Source: a virus (taxonomy: Duplodnaviria > Caudoviricetes). Taken from it: a stretch of 38,137 nucleotides of DNA. The stretch lies in IMG/VR virus record IMGVR_UViG_3300037424_000885, positions 1 through 38,137 of that record, one strand, 5' to 3'. Both the position numbers and the translations under genes were made by a program. Under the pieces are notes generated by a model that saw only the letters and a program-made list of their open reading frames with translations, was not told the DNA's origin and did no database searches. Positions 6,582 to 17,099 of this stretch are shown piece by piece (positions within the stretch are counted from its first letter, which is position 1; each line of letters starts with the position of its first letter).

Positions 6582-9500
6582 CTATTTGGCTTCTTGTATC
6601 AACCGTGTCAATTCATTCAACTCGTTTGTTTTAGTTGGTAGTTCTTCTTCTAAATACCCCTGCAGTGCCCGTTTTCTTCTACTCGGAGTGGACTTTCTTT
6701 CATTAAAAGCCTGAGTTAGTTTGCGCCTAGCATCACTTATCTCGTTTGATTTTTTTGAAAGCGCCTGTTCGCCTGCTTTTTGAACATCCATACGGTTGAT
6801 TTTTATCCCAACCGAACCTAACATTTCGTCGCTAAAGTCCAGGTCATTTTTGAAATAATCCTTTCCATTCCACCCACGACGCTGAGCGTAATCCCATAGC
6901 CACCCGCTATTTTTGTTGATAGTCCCGGTACTAACTAATGCGTTTCCTACCCTATCACTAGAATAGGTATACGGGATAAATGGGATATTAGGCAGTAGCG
7001 TATTTACCGCGAACTTCGTCCACGCATCAAAATTTTCAGCCTCTTGAAATTGATTTTTTGGCTTCGGATGTGGAACTATTTCAGAACCAAACGCGGCGTG
7101 TTTTCCCGAAGCCATAGCATATACAGTGCTAATCACAGGGTGCATACCAAAAGGGAAACTTGCTCCGAAGTCCGAAAATAGATCGGCACCAGGAATGTAA
7201 TTTCTAGCGTCAAGACTCCTGGCTTCGCCTGTCTGAGGATCGTTTGCCAGACGGATCTGCGCTTCTGGCCCTGCACCGAAAAAGTTACCTTGCTGATATT
7301 CTGGGCGAAGCTTGCTCTCAAGTTTTGCTTGTGCCTCTGCTTTTTCTCCATAATGATGTTCATACCAGTAGTCACTAATAGCCTTATAAGCATAAATCAT
7401 ACCAAGAATACGTTCTGGATGTTCTGCCGCACTCTCTGCAATGACGGGAATAATTTTGTACGACCAGCTAATAAAAGGAACTATACCACTATCCCTGAGG
7501 AATGCCACTCCACTTGGAACGTCGCTATAATCCAAGAATAGTTTGTTCGCTGCTTCGAGTGCTTCGTCCGTAGATCGCCCTTTTAACCTCTCACTCTTAA
7601 AGACGCCTAATTTAAAAACTTCATCCTCCCACTGATAGAGTTTCATTGGAAACTTGGCAGCTTTTGATCCAGCCTTATAAGACTTAAATAGTGCCCTAGT
7701 TACTAAAGGCATATTGTCCATGGTAGGTTCAAGTGCCTCAGTCAGAGACTCAAATTGTTTTAAGTTCCATTCTCCAGCAAGGACGCCACTGTCAACCAGC
7801 CCGGCATCAACAGCCTCTTTGAAATTTTTATCCTTGAGGGCAAGCGTCTGTATGCCATCTCTAGCCACGGCTATTGGATTCCTTCCATCCATAATGCACA
7901 CGTGCAAGTTTGTAACCGTGTTTAGCACGTGGGCTGGTGGGCTATATGCTGTCTTGCCGATTTTCCATGCACGAGTCAGTGTCTTGTGAACCTCCCATAT
8001 AGTTTCAGCAGTTTCTGAAGTATACCTTTTTCCAGTCATACTGTGTAAAACCTTTTCTACATCCTTATGAACCCACTGGCCATTAAGTTTTCCATACTTG
8101 GCTATTCCACTAGGGGTATATTTGTCAGGAAGTTTAACAAAACCACTAGCCCTAGCATATGCAGCGAAATCTTTTTTTGATAGTCTTTTCTTCTTACCAA
8201 GCTCCTTACCAAGCTCGTCAGTATTTTTCAACGTCAACTTGGCGTCACCAGAGATGCTACTGAATACCTTACCGAGAGAAATATCGTGCGACGCCTCCCT
8301 AAACAGCACTGCGAGTCTAAGGGCGACATCCCTACTCTCTCCCATAGCCTGGCGTTCTTCTATAGTATAGTCGGTGTTGGCTATTATTCTACCCTTACCT
8401 TTTTCAATAATATCCCATTTAGTAACTGGCCCTTGGGCTTTTAATACCTGTAGTTTTTCTATCTGAGTTTCATGTACCCACGTCTTCCTTCCATCTGGCC
8501 CTACCCCATGGTAGACAGAATCACCCAAATTAAAGTTGTCCTCGGTAAGTCCTATTTGCTCCAAGCGTTTAGCCATGTTAGCGTTCTTTCCCCTAGTTTT
8601 CAGATAGTTTGCTTGGATAGATTTAAGTTTTTGCTTTACTAGCCCATATGCAGGTTTCTTCATCAATTGTGGAAGATAGACTCTATGTAGATACCTGTCC
8701 CCAAGTCTATCTATCAATTGTGGTTCTATTCCGCTGTCAACTAACATGTCTTTAATTTGCGTCAAAAACCCTTGTATTTCTGTAGCTTGTTGTTGTAAAA
8801 TTTTAGGGACACTCTCCCAATCATTTTCTTTCTCGATGAAGTCACTCAACTGCTCTAACTCTTTGGGCGAATATTTCTTTTTCAAGTCTATGGCGAACTG
8901 GTCAAGTGTTCTTCTAATCCCCTGTTTTCCCTTCCTAAATTGTTTTTTTATTTTATAAATTTCTGGATCTATTCGCTCAGTTGGGTGTAGTTTTTTAAGC
9001 GGCTCGCCCAATCCTCTAAGCATTGGGTGGTCTACGCCTTCCCAAAACTTTTTACTCAGCTTGGAGCCTATTCCACGAACAACCCTGTTTCCACCAACTC
9101 TGCGATAAACGCGTCCACCAAAACCGATAAGGTGAAACGGCGCTCCAAATTTTAGGTATTTGTTTGTGTTCCAATTAAGCCTACCGTCTTTAGTCTCAAG
9201 CCCAGTGAGTAATGGCAGAGAATGCAGGGCAGTTGTTCTTAGAAAATCAGGGGTTACATACCCGCCCTGGTTTCCGATGCTCTTCGTCATCCATTCACCG
9301 AGATGTGGGTTTTCTTGTCCACCCAAGCCAAGTTCGCGAACCACCTTAGCAATCTCTTTTGGATCCGCCTTACTCAAAATCCCTGTTGCAGTGTCCGACG
9401 AAATGGCGCTGGCAAGTTTCGCATCCCTATAGGTAAGTTCTTTGTTACGAAACGCATTTTCCAGTTGAAGCATGTAGCTTTTTTTTGCCTCAGCCTGCGA

Positions 9501-11027
9501 GGCCTCATTTCCTGCATTATCTATAATCCTGGCAATAACACCCTGTGCCTCTTGTGCGTCCCAAGTATCACTAAAAAGCATTGTCTGTTTTGTTACGGGA
9601 AACTCGCCTAGTGGCTTCCCTTGCAAAGCGTTGATGACCATATGGTCGACATTACTACCAAACTTTCCGAAAAGCGCTCCAGATGCCTCTTGTGCCCTTG
9701 CCATCTCTTTATCTGCCAGCTGCTGGAACTTCTGAATTTTATTCGCCTGTGTTTCTGGATCAAATTTTTCGATTAGCTTTTTTGCCTGCTTAGCACTATC
9801 AACCGGACGTTTAACTAAATGAGAGATTGCATCTGGAATACTTTTCATCGTTCCAGCCTCTTCTGAAACCCCTACTGCTGCGGCAAGCGCCCTTGGGCTA
9901 AGCTCCTTTGTAACTTGGATTTTAGGAACGATTGGTGGATAACTAGCTCCTTTGGCGAAATGCGCCTCGACAGATATAGCTTTCTCAGTGGAATAAAGAT
10001 GTTCTGTATTCATCCTCCCATTTGTATGCTTTAAGATATCATCTTTCAGACTCGGTGGTTTTATAATCTCTTTTGCCTTAGCGATTGTCTCTTCCGGCCC
10101 CAACCCCCCCTTAACGCTTCGTACAATATTATCCACAACTAACGGGTTACCTAAAATCCTATCCACCGTGTGTTCAAATGTAAAGGCACTAAACACTCCG
10201 GCAAAGACCGGGAAAACTGCCTTCATAATCCCTTTTGTCTCATCACTATAAGAACTCTTGTCAATATAATGATCAGCCAAGACCATAGAAGGAACCACTA
10301 CTCCGGCCTCACCTGCTGCAGCAGAATAACTACTAAGAAGTGCGGCGTCGGTAGATGAAAATAACGACGCCCCTACCGTCTTTCCAGCGAGATTTAATTT
10401 CTGCAACCTGAGTGCCTGTGCCGCATACCCAAAGCCACCACCAAACGTACCAGCTGCTAATACTCCCTCTTCATATTCTGTTATTGGGCCATTAAATATC
10501 TTCATGGCTTGCTTGCTCTTTTCCAACCCCGAATATTTAGCGAGCAGCCATTTGTTTGCTGTGCTGTCTCCTTGTCCAGTAACTTCAAGAACCTTGCTCG
10601 CCGCACTATATGGAAGCTGTGCGAGACTAGTGATAAACCGCCCTGGAATACCAGCTGTGTGTAGAAGCACATTCGCCGTGTTCTCGCCAAGCACTCCCAC
10701 GTTTTCCTTAAATCCGTTTGTCCGAACGGCTTCGATATCATCACGCAGTCCACGTGAAAACTCAATCGCCCCTCCGGCAATGTCTTCACCAAGGATTGTT
10801 TTAAGGTTCTCCATGCCCTGTCCTACATCTACTGTAGTCTCGATGTTATCCAAGATATCATCGTTAACCCTCTTCCTTAAGAAATCGCCCAGCTCTGGAT
10901 TACCTCTAAATCTCTCGTCAGAAGCGATTAGCTTGTTTGCGTACATATCACCGAACTTAAGCTTGTCGTCATTATTCATGCTTTTAAATTCGTCGAGCTC
11001 AGAAAATTGCTGGTAGAAGTTTTCCAT
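6582..11027 (-). CDS. large internal virion (DNA ejection) protein
   Basis: 1481 aa, helical character, last gene of the morphogenesis operon. This position is typical of podoviral ejection proteins. Confidence 0.7.
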   Translation of the reverse strand: MENFYQQFSELDEFKSMNNDDKLKFGDMYANKLIASDERFRGNPELGDFLRKRVNDDILDNIETTVDVGQGMENLKTILGEDIAGGAIEFSRGLRDDIEAVRTNGFKENVGVLGENTANVLLHTAGIPGRFITSLAQLPYSAASKVLEVTGQGDSTANKWLLAKYSGLEKSKQAMKIFNGPITEYEEGVLAAGTFGGGFGYAAQALRLQKLNLAGKTVGASLFSSTDAALLSSYSAAAGEAGVVVPSMVLADHYIDKSSYSDETKGIMKAVFPVFAGVFSAFTFEHTVDRILGNPLVVDNIVRSVKGGLGPEETIAKAKEIIKPPSLKDDILKHTNGRMNTEHLYSTEKAISVEAHFAKGASYPPIVPKIQVTKELSPRALAAAVGVSEEAGTMKSIPDAISHLVKRPVDSAKQAKKLIEKFDPETQANKIQKFQQLADKEMARAQEASGALFGKFGSNVDHMVINALQGKPLGEFPVTKQTMLFSDTWDAQEAQGVIARIIDNAGNEASQAEAKKSYMLQLENAFRNKELTYRDAKLASAISSDTATGILSKADPKEIAKVVRELGLGGQENPHLGEWMTKSIGNQGGYVTPDFLRTTALHSLPLLTGLETKDGRLNWNTNKYLKFGAPFHLIGFGGRVYRRVGGNRVVRGIGSKLSKKFWEGVDHPMLRGLGEPLKKLHPTERIDPEIYKIKKQFRKGKQGIRRTLDQFAIDLKKKYSPKELEQLSDFIEKENDWESVPKILQQQATEIQGFLTQIKDMLVDSGIEPQLIDRLGDRYLHRVYLPQLMKKPAYGLVKQKLKSIQANYLKTRGKNANMAKRLEQIGLTEDNFNLGDSVYHGVGPDGRKTWVHETQIEKLQVLKAQGPVTKWDIIEKGKGRIIANTDYTIEERQAMGESRDVALRLAVLFREASHDISLGKVFSSISGDAKLTLKNTDELGKELGKKKRLSKKDFAAYARASGFVKLPDKYTPSGIAKYGKLNGQWVHKDVEKVLHSMTGKRYTSETAETIWEVHKTLTRAWKIGKTAYSPPAHVLNTVTNLHVCIMDGRNPIAVARDGIQTLALKDKNFKEAVDAGLVDSGVLAGEWNLKQFESLTEALEPTMDNMPLVTRALFKSYKAGSKAAKFPMKLYQWEDEVFKLGVFKSERLKGRSTDEALEAANKLFLDYSDVPSGVAFLRDSGIVPFISWSYKIIPVIAESAAEHPERILGMIYAYKAISDYWYEHHYGEKAEAQAKLESKLRPEYQQGNFFGAGPEAQIRLANDPQTGEARSLDARNYIPGADLFSDFGASFPFGMHPVISTVYAMASGKHAAFGSEIVPHPKPKNQFQEAENFDAWTKFAVNTLLPNIPFIPYTYSSDRVGNALVSTGTINKNSGWLWDYAQRRGWNGKDYFKNDLDFSDEMLGSVGIKINRMDVQKAGEQALSKKSNEISDARRKLTQAFNERKSTPSRRKRALQGYLEEELPTKTNELNELTRLIQEAK

Positions 11028-11028
11028 A

Positions 11029-11670
11029 TTATTCCCCTAAAAATGGAGCATGAGCGCTGAAAAGTTCATCTGTGATGGTTGCTTTTTTGGCTTTTTCAAA
11101 ATCCTCCAAAACTTGCAACAGTAGTGGATCTTTCGTCCGTTTACTAGTTCCTTCAGAGCTTCCCTTTAGGATATAATCAACATCTCGTTCAACTTCTTCA
11201 TTTAACGCGTCAGCACCTTTTGCCGCGTATATTGGGTTGTTCGCCCTAGCCTTTAACAAGCCTTCCCGTAGTTCTTCTTTTGTCTTTTTTGTGCTCTTAC
11301 CTTGCGTTATTACTTGCCAAATAGGTGTAGCAGTAAAATCACCTCCGTGTTCACCAGCCTGCCGTACCAATTCTCTTGACACTTGTATTTGGGCAGGGAC
11401 ATTGCTACCACTCGGAGCTCTGCCAGTACGAAGAGCATCGTTCGTAGCAAACATGCTTGAGAGTGTCCCTGGATTTACCCTGGCAATGATATCTGCCGGG
11501 GCCTCATGGATGTTCCCAGCAGTATAATTTTGCAGTTCTTTGAGCGCTCCCTGAACTTCTACCGCCTGTTCAACGCCACGGTTGTACTTAAGCTCATCTA
11601 AGGTTTGACGCCTTTTTGCCACCCCTAACTGTTGGCTAGCTTGAAGGACATTTATAATATTTCCAAGCAT
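11029..11670 (-). CDS. putative internal virion protein
   Basis: Synteny with the ejection gene cluster. Ends 1 bp before the large gene starts. Confidence 0.55.
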   Translation of the reverse strand: MLGNIINVLQASQQLGVAKRRQTLDELKYNRGVEQAVEVQGALKELQNYTAGNIHEAPADIIARVNPGTLSSMFATNDALRTGRAPSGSNVPAQIQVSRELVRQAGEHGGDFTATPIWQVITQGKSTKKTKEELREGLLKARANNPIYAAKGADALNEEVERDVDYILKGSSEGTSKRTKDPLLLQVLEDFEKAKKATITDELFSAHAPFLGE

Positions 11671-11687
11671 TTGTTGTTCACTGGCGG

Positions 11688-12101
11688 TTAAATTTGCGAC
11701 TTGTTCAGGAGATAATCCGGCAAGCCTGTTACCTCCCCGCCCTGTAACCTCTGGTAAAAAGGGTTGGTGGTCTGGTTCCCACCTCCTACGTCTGTATTCT
11801 TCGTTCGTGCCACCGCTTCCTGTACGTCAGGATTCTTTGGCACCTCTCCAGTAAATGTAATTTTTCCGTCAGGCCCGATTTTAAGCCCAGTAGTATCTGC
11901 CCCTTCGACCGTTAGTCTATTCACCAGGTCTCTAAGCTGATCTTGACTTGCTGCACCCTCTTGTCCCATTATTGTGGCCTGCCCCATCTGTGCGGCAATT
12001 CCACCTGCTGCGGCCCCGATTGACCCAGGCGCTATTGCCCCCGCCAACTGCCCTGCAAGAATCGACAATTGATTTGGATCTAAGTTTGTTCCTAATGCCA
12101 T
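11688..12101 (-). CDS. putative internal virion protein (Gly/Ala-rich N-terminus)
   Basis: GGAGGAG SD. LAGQLAGAIAPGSIGAAAGG segment. Synteny. Confidence 0.55.
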   Translation of the reverse strand: MALGTNLDPNQLSILAGQLAGAIAPGSIGAAAGGIAAQMGQATIMGQEGAASQDQLRDLVNRLTVEGADTTGLKIGPDGKITFTGEVPKNPDVQEAVARTKNTDVGGGNQTTNPFYQRLQGGEVTGLPDYLLNKSQI

Positions 12102-12113
12102 TTCTTCTCCTCC

Positions 12114-12974
12114 TTAGTTGATAAAGCTTGCGGCAAGACCGACAACACCACCGATAAGAGCGCCATATGGGTTGCCAGTCATTTGGTACCCCATAGCAGC
12201 GCCACCCAGTGCTCCACTGACCGCCTTCGCCGTCTGACTAGGCCCTTGTGGCTGTACTGTCCCCATGGCCCCGCTCACGACGCCAAGCATAGACCGGACA
12301 TATTCAAATAAACTCAAATCAAAAAGTACATCTCGCATTCTCATGTCGACGTTCTGATTGTTTGCGTCCATCTCTACAGAGTAATATAATTGATACATTT
12401 TGGCGTAAGTACCAACGACTGTGGTGTTCCAGTCAAGATGTTTTGCCCACATCTCAATACTCACGTCCAATGCTCGAAGTCTAATTTCTGAGGCAAATTT
12501 ATTTACTGCCTTTACCTTATTGTTTTCGATTAGCGCACGACCGATAGCAAACGCGCTGGACTGTACAGCATTGATATTACGCATTCCTCCCTCGAATCTA
12601 GGTAGTGTGCGCTGCCGTAAATCATCATCTAAATAATCTGATTGGGCGGACACTGCCTGGTTTATTTCCGCGCTAGCAACGATTCCGTTGAATGTTTGCC
12701 CCCACAGGTCATGTACATCTAATCCAGCCATAAACTTTCCGAACATATCCCATAGGCACGGAAAACTGGCGATAGAATAGCCGTAGCTAAAGAAGCCACC
12801 GGTGACGTCAATCACAGTAGCAGAACCAAAAGGACTCCTGCCGTAAGCTGAATTGAAGGCCGCTACCACACTTGCTACTGGAAAATCAGATCCGTTGTTG
12901 TTTAAAATAGCGGTATGCGCCTCTTCAAAATACTCCGCGTATCTCACTGTACTGTCTGGCTTGCTTGACGACAT
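12114..12974 (-). CDS. putative internal virion/ejection protein with glycine-zipper C-terminus
   Basis: GALGGAAMG...GALIGGVVGLA C-terminus. Synteny. Confidence 0.6.
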   Translation of the reverse strand: MSSSKPDSTVRYAEYFEEAHTAILNNNGSDFPVASVVAAFNSAYGRSPFGSATVIDVTGGFFSYGYSIASFPCLWDMFGKFMAGLDVHDLWGQTFNGIVASAEINQAVSAQSDYLDDDLRQRTLPRFEGGMRNINAVQSSAFAIGRALIENNKVKAVNKFASEIRLRALDVSIEMWAKHLDWNTTVVGTYAKMYQLYYSVEMDANNQNVDMRMRDVLFDLSLFEYVRSMLGVVSGAMGTVQPQGPSQTAKAVSGALGGAAMGYQMTGNPYGALIGGVVGLAASFIN

Positions 12975-12985
12975 GTGCTCTCTCC

Positions 12986-13426
12986 CTAGAGTTTGGTGTG
13001 ATAGTTTACACTTACTGGCTCAAGTCCCACCCTCTCTGCAAGTGCTTTTATCCTTTTGGCATTTGTTTCCATTCTTATGCAACAACATGCGTTGGTCTTG
13101 GCGTATTGTCTAAGTTGGGCAAAGCTCTCCTCTGCCAGCTCGTCAGTCAATGTTCTATACCCGTAAATACTCAGGATATGCAGCTCGTCTTCAACAAGCG
13201 AATGATTAGTAACGATCATTGTTATGCCTATAGCATGTATCCTGCGTTGTTCACCCTCCTTGGAGAAGATTATCCAACACTGGTATTTTTCCATTAGCAG
13301 GTTCTCAAGTAACCTCTTCCCATATTGGCTGTGTTTTTCCTTAGAAATATTGTTTGCCATTACGGCACTATGAAAGATGTCATTCCATAGCAAACTAACT
13401 TGAATTGGTTGTAGTTGAAGTAACAT
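12986..13426 (-). CDS. GNAT-like fold virion assembly protein
   Basis: LHILSIYG...LRQYAKTNACCCIRMET...LAERVGL pattern. Lies between tail and ejection genes, as in many podoviruses. Confidence 0.55.
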   Translation of the reverse strand: MLLQLQPIQVSLLWNDIFHSAVMANNISKEKHSQYGKRLLENLLMEKYQCWIIFSKEGEQRRIHAIGITMIVTNHSLVEDELHILSIYGYRTLTDELAEESFAQLRQYAKTNACCCIRMETNAKRIKALAERVGLEPVSVNYHTKL

Positions 13427-14697
13427 TAAGTTTCTCCTTGGTCTGGAAGTTCATAGAGTGGGCCACGGATAAAGCGCCTATCATGCCGCTGGTGCCTAAT
13501 ATTAAGGTAATCAATTTTTAGTTCGTCGTAGGTTACCTGCTTAACTCGAAATCTAAATTCCACAGCAGCTATATCAATCTTTGCAACACCTTCAGGATTG
13601 CATTTAACCCAATCGCTGGTACGCCAGTTTTCGTCCTTTGTATAGCGGAAGTCTACCGCTACGTATAGTTCCTCTGTAGTGTCTGTGCCTACTTCGATGA
13701 AGCTAATGAATTTTATCCCTCGCTGCCCAAGATCTATTATGTCTGTCATAATACTGACAGGGATACCACTCAGAGTGTCGGAGCCTATAACATAGTTTGG
13801 GGTAATACCTGTAATAGAAGCGTAACCTCCACCCAGCCCAGCATCAAACACATACCCAGTATCGCCGTCACTAATAAAAAGCCGGTTGTTTTTCTCATCA
13901 TAATTTAGTACTGGTGCTGTCAATGGTGCAAGAAACTCACTAAAACCTAACAGTTCAGGCCCAGCATTAGAGGAGAGTTTCCACAGCTCACCCTTCGTCG
14001 TGATAAAATAATGGATATAGTCTGATCCAGCAACACTCCAGGCTGACTTAATCCCTATGTTACTCATATCTTCAAAACCAAACGTGACAGCAGGCTCATC
14101 TACCGGCTGCATTAGGCATATACCATTGTCCCCGTAAATAACGACGAAGTTTCCAAGCTTCAATGCTCTCCATGCCCAACCATTCCAGGCCATTGGCCGC
14201 ATTCCTGCCTCATTCCGCAAGTCCTCGGTCTCAAACGATGCCTCGCCGATTAAGCTCCATGCAACCCAGTTTGACCGGTATCCTACCTCAAAAAAGTAAG
14301 CATCGAGCACGACTGAAATTCCTATCGTCGTAGCTGTTACCTGTTTTCCAGGATTAGCGGTACCACTCAGGCCAACGACTGCAACAAGTGGATCTGAGAT
14401 ATGCGTCGGGTTGAGAATAGTACCGCTTGGAACAACACTTATTTGAGGCTGTCCGTGTACTCTAGAGTCTCCAGACCAGAATGTGACATCGTTGTCTCGA
14501 CGCACAATCACGGGTGTGGTGTAAACGCCAGAAGAGTTTTTTACCTTGACAACTATCGTCTCGGCAAAGATTGGCATAGGGTAGACACCGCCCCCTGCTA
14601 AACTGAGACTGCCACTCCCAATATTGACACCCAGCGCAACAACAAGAGGCTGGCCACTAATTGATATTGCTGCCCCGCCAACACTTATAGTTGCCAT
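13426..14697 (-). CDS. tail nozzle/stabilization-like protein (beta-propeller C-terminal part) with fibre-like N-terminus
   Basis: Beta-rich blades (NWVAWSLIG, VVIYGDNGI, IHYFITTKGELW) and a C-terminal beta-sandwich ending EFRFRV. Position fits a nozzle gene. Confidence 0.6.
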   Translation of the reverse strand: MATISVGGAAISISGQPLVVALGVNIGSGSLSLAGGGVYPMPIFAETIVVKVKNSSGVYTTPVIVRRDNDVTFWSGDSRVHGQPQISVVPSGTILNPTHISDPLVAVVGLSGTANPGKQVTATTIGISVVLDAYFFEVGYRSNWVAWSLIGEASFETEDLRNEAGMRPMAWNGWAWRALKLGNFVVIYGDNGICLMQPVDEPAVTFGFEDMSNIGIKSAWSVAGSDYIHYFITTKGELWKLSSNAGPELLGFSEFLAPLTAPVLNYDEKNNRLFISDGDTGYVFDAGLGGGYASITGITPNYVIGSDTLSGIPVSIMTDIIDLGQRGIKFISFIEVGTDTTEELYVAVDFRYTKDENWRTSDWVKCNPEGVAKIDIAAVEFRFRVKQVTYDELKIDYLNIRHQRHDRRFIRGPLYELPDQGET

Positions 14698-14705
14698 GTG
14701 TTCTC

Positions 14706-15131
14706 CTAATCGGTAGTATCTACTTCAATGTCTGCTATTGTAAAAACTCCACCATCCAGCGTAGTTTGATCAGACCCGAAGTCAATATATCCAACTACAA
14801 TGTCGCTGGCATGGGTATCGTCGAAGATGATAGCACCACGTGCAGTCACGTTTCCACCTGCGGCAGTCCAGCTGGCGTTATCCCAGGTCATCTGACCCTT
14901 ATTGCTCGTGTCATTCTGTGAAATAGCCACATTCGCCAGGGTAAGGCCACCAATAGTGTAACCACTGGCAGTAGACAATTCACTTGCACTCACATCTGCA
15001 TATGTATTGTGAGATACTCGGTTGAAGGTAAATCCGCTCTGCATTAAGATAATTTTAAATACATCAGATGCGCCTGTAACACCGCCGTTCAAAAGCTCAT
15101 ATTTAAAACGATTACTTGCATATGTCGCCAT
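14706..15131 (-). CDS. tail-associated structural protein (paralog B)
   Basis: FKIIL...YADV...EL...GYTIGGLTL...WTAAGG...ARGAII motif series shared with 18120-18569. Confidence 0.65.
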   Translation of the reverse strand: MATYASNRFKYELLNGGVTGASDVFKIILMQSGFTFNRVSHNTYADVSASELSTASGYTIGGLTLANVAISQNDTSNKGQMTWDNASWTAAGGNVTARGAIIFDDTHASDIVVGYIDFGSDQTTLDGGVFTIADIEVDTTD

Positions 15132-15170
15132 GTTTAACTCCTCTTCTTGTTGTTAAAAATTCCTATTAAG

Positions 15171-17099
15171 TTATGACACTCCTGACTCTGGATACTCCCA
15201 TACTGGGTTATGATGGTATGGCGTTGTTAAGTCCATTACTGGATTTACCCTGTATTTAGTTATCATTCCACCGCCTTGGCCCGGGGAATCATTCTGGGCA
15301 AAATTGTAAATATACTGAACACCATCTGTTACTATAGCCATTCCAAGTTCAAAATATCTATCATCACTGCTCAGTTTAAACCCCATACAATCATACAAGC
15401 AAACGAATTCTAAATCGAGAGTTAGTTTTATTATCGCGGACTGATGTCCTGCAGCATGAAGAGAGTCTTGCCATAAATAGACATAGTCTCCCAGAATAAC
15501 AAACGAGGCGTGAGTACCATCAGGAATAGGGACATCGTATTGGTCTATCAATGTACCCCCCGGGTCTACCGAAATAATACGGAGATAAAACTCCGAGTAT
15601 GTATGATGGCATGAGTATATTCTATCATTACTATGCCATATAGTCCTTCTATGGTATAAAGAGTTATCTTGTGGCACCCCTGAAATTTCAAGCCCAGTGA
15701 TTAAGGTGGCCACCAAAAAATCTGCTGTAAAATTACCAATGACTCTCAGGCTTAAATTGGTGAATGCACCAGTACATCTTAGCAATGCCCACTCATCAGT
15801 AAGTGGAGATTTAACTAATTCGTTTGGGCCTATGATGGTATTGCTGTTATACGTGAAGTCATGCTGTCCCGTAAACTTCATCCTGTGTATCATGGATGTA
15901 TACGCCAAAAAGCTTGAAGTTGGGCCAGAGTTAATAATAAAGACATCATTAGTCCGGTAAAAGTTTATTACCTCTCCCCCTCTTGTTTTTTCGTTAGGGT
16001 CAGCATCTTGTACCATACTCATGTTAGGATAAATATAGTATGGATAGTCAGCAGGCAATAACTCCCAAGCAGTATCCCATATATCACCGGTTACGGGGGT
16101 ATGTCCTGATATCCAAAGAGAACTACCTATATTAGCTGTAATTTTCGCGCCATAGATATTGCCATCTGTTCCTCGTACCACTGTTCCACAATAGATAGGT
16201 TCGTTTATAGGAGTAAAGTCCTCGCCTGCAACCGAGTAATCCTGGATATGATCACCAGTATATCCAGCAAAATTTACTAGCGCGTATAATGTTGATGCTA
16301 TCAGTTGGATATGCTTAAATGAGCATCCGTTAAATTTTTTGCTCGTGATAATCCTCAGAGAGTCGGCATCGACAATAGCTAGAGTACCGTCAGTAGAAGC
16401 GGTATAAAGCACTCCATCATCATAGATCATAAGGGATGTTGACGTGAATTGGCCATAAGGTGGAGGTGAGAACGAAGTTGATATCGTCCGCACATGTTCT
16501 ATACACGGAATATCAGCGTCCGAATCTGGCTCTTTGTGCCAATGGCCACAAACTCTTGGCCAATAAGGATCCTCATGATACGGGATCGGAAGATCAAATT
16601 GTTCTATAAAATCCCATTCAGGATCAGTGCTTGGACTAAGCTGCCAAAACGGATCAAGTAGTGGGTTGTCATCTAATATCGGCGGCCATTGGTAGTCTTC
16701 TGGGCCAGGGGAATAATCAACATAAGCCCTAGGTAAAAGACCCACCCCCGTAAGGGAAATGGAGGTTACTTTTATGGTAATAGGCGTGTCTATCTGTGAA
16801 ACGACATTTTGTCCGTTAAATGTTATTTCCACAAAGCCAATGCTTACTAGCGGAACAGACACCCCATTTCCGCTAAAAGATATACTACCTTTACCTATTG
16901 TTACTATCTTTAGTGTAGTAACAGCGACGCTTAAAGCACTCCCGGAAAAAACAACATTTCCACGTCCAACCGAAATAGTAGAACCAGTTACAGTGTCACC
17001 TGGCGTTAGTCCGGCAGAGATATAAAACGTATTGGGAGTTCCACCAGAGGAGCTATCAATAGGCGGTATACCCGCAGATATGTAATATTCATTAGCCAT
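15171..17099 (-). CDS. putative tail fibre/receptor-binding protein
   Basis: 642 aa. N-terminal xISxSG-type repeats, Pro/Asp-rich linker, beta-rich C-terminal domain. Confidence 0.55.
   Translation of the reverse strand: MANEYYISAGIPPIDSSSGGTPNTFYISAGLTPGDTVTGSTISVGRGNVVFSGSALSVAVTTLKIVTIGKGSISFSGNGVSVPLVSIGFVEITFNGQNVVSQIDTPITIKVTSISLTGVGLLPRAYVDYSPGPEDYQWPPILDDNPLLDPFWQLSPSTDPEWDFIEQFDLPIPYHEDPYWPRVCGHWHKEPDSDADIPCIEHVRTISTSFSPPPYGQFTSTSLMIYDDGVLYTASTDGTLAIVDADSLRIITSKKFNGCSFKHIQLIASTLYALVNFAGYTGDHIQDYSVAGEDFTPINEPIYCGTVVRGTDGNIYGAKITANIGSSLWISGHTPVTGDIWDTAWELLPADYPYYIYPNMSMVQDADPNEKTRGGEVINFYRTNDVFIINSGPTSSFLAYTSMIHRMKFTGQHDFTYNSNTIIGPNELVKSPLTDEWALLRCTGAFTNLSLRVIGNFTADFLVATLITGLEISGVPQDNSLYHRRTIWHSNDRIYSCHHTYSEFYLRIISVDPGGTLIDQYDVPIPDGTHASFVILGDYVYLWQDSLHAAGHQSAIIKLTLDLEFVCLYDCMGFKLSSDDRYFELGMAIVTDGVQYIYNFAQNDSPGQGGGMITKYRVNPVMDLTTPYHHNPVWEYPESGVS

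Noticed and set aside
7133-11527. Several plus-strand and alternate-frame ORFs within the ejection genes
   Set aside because: Fully nested in long minus-strand genes with no motifs or SD support.
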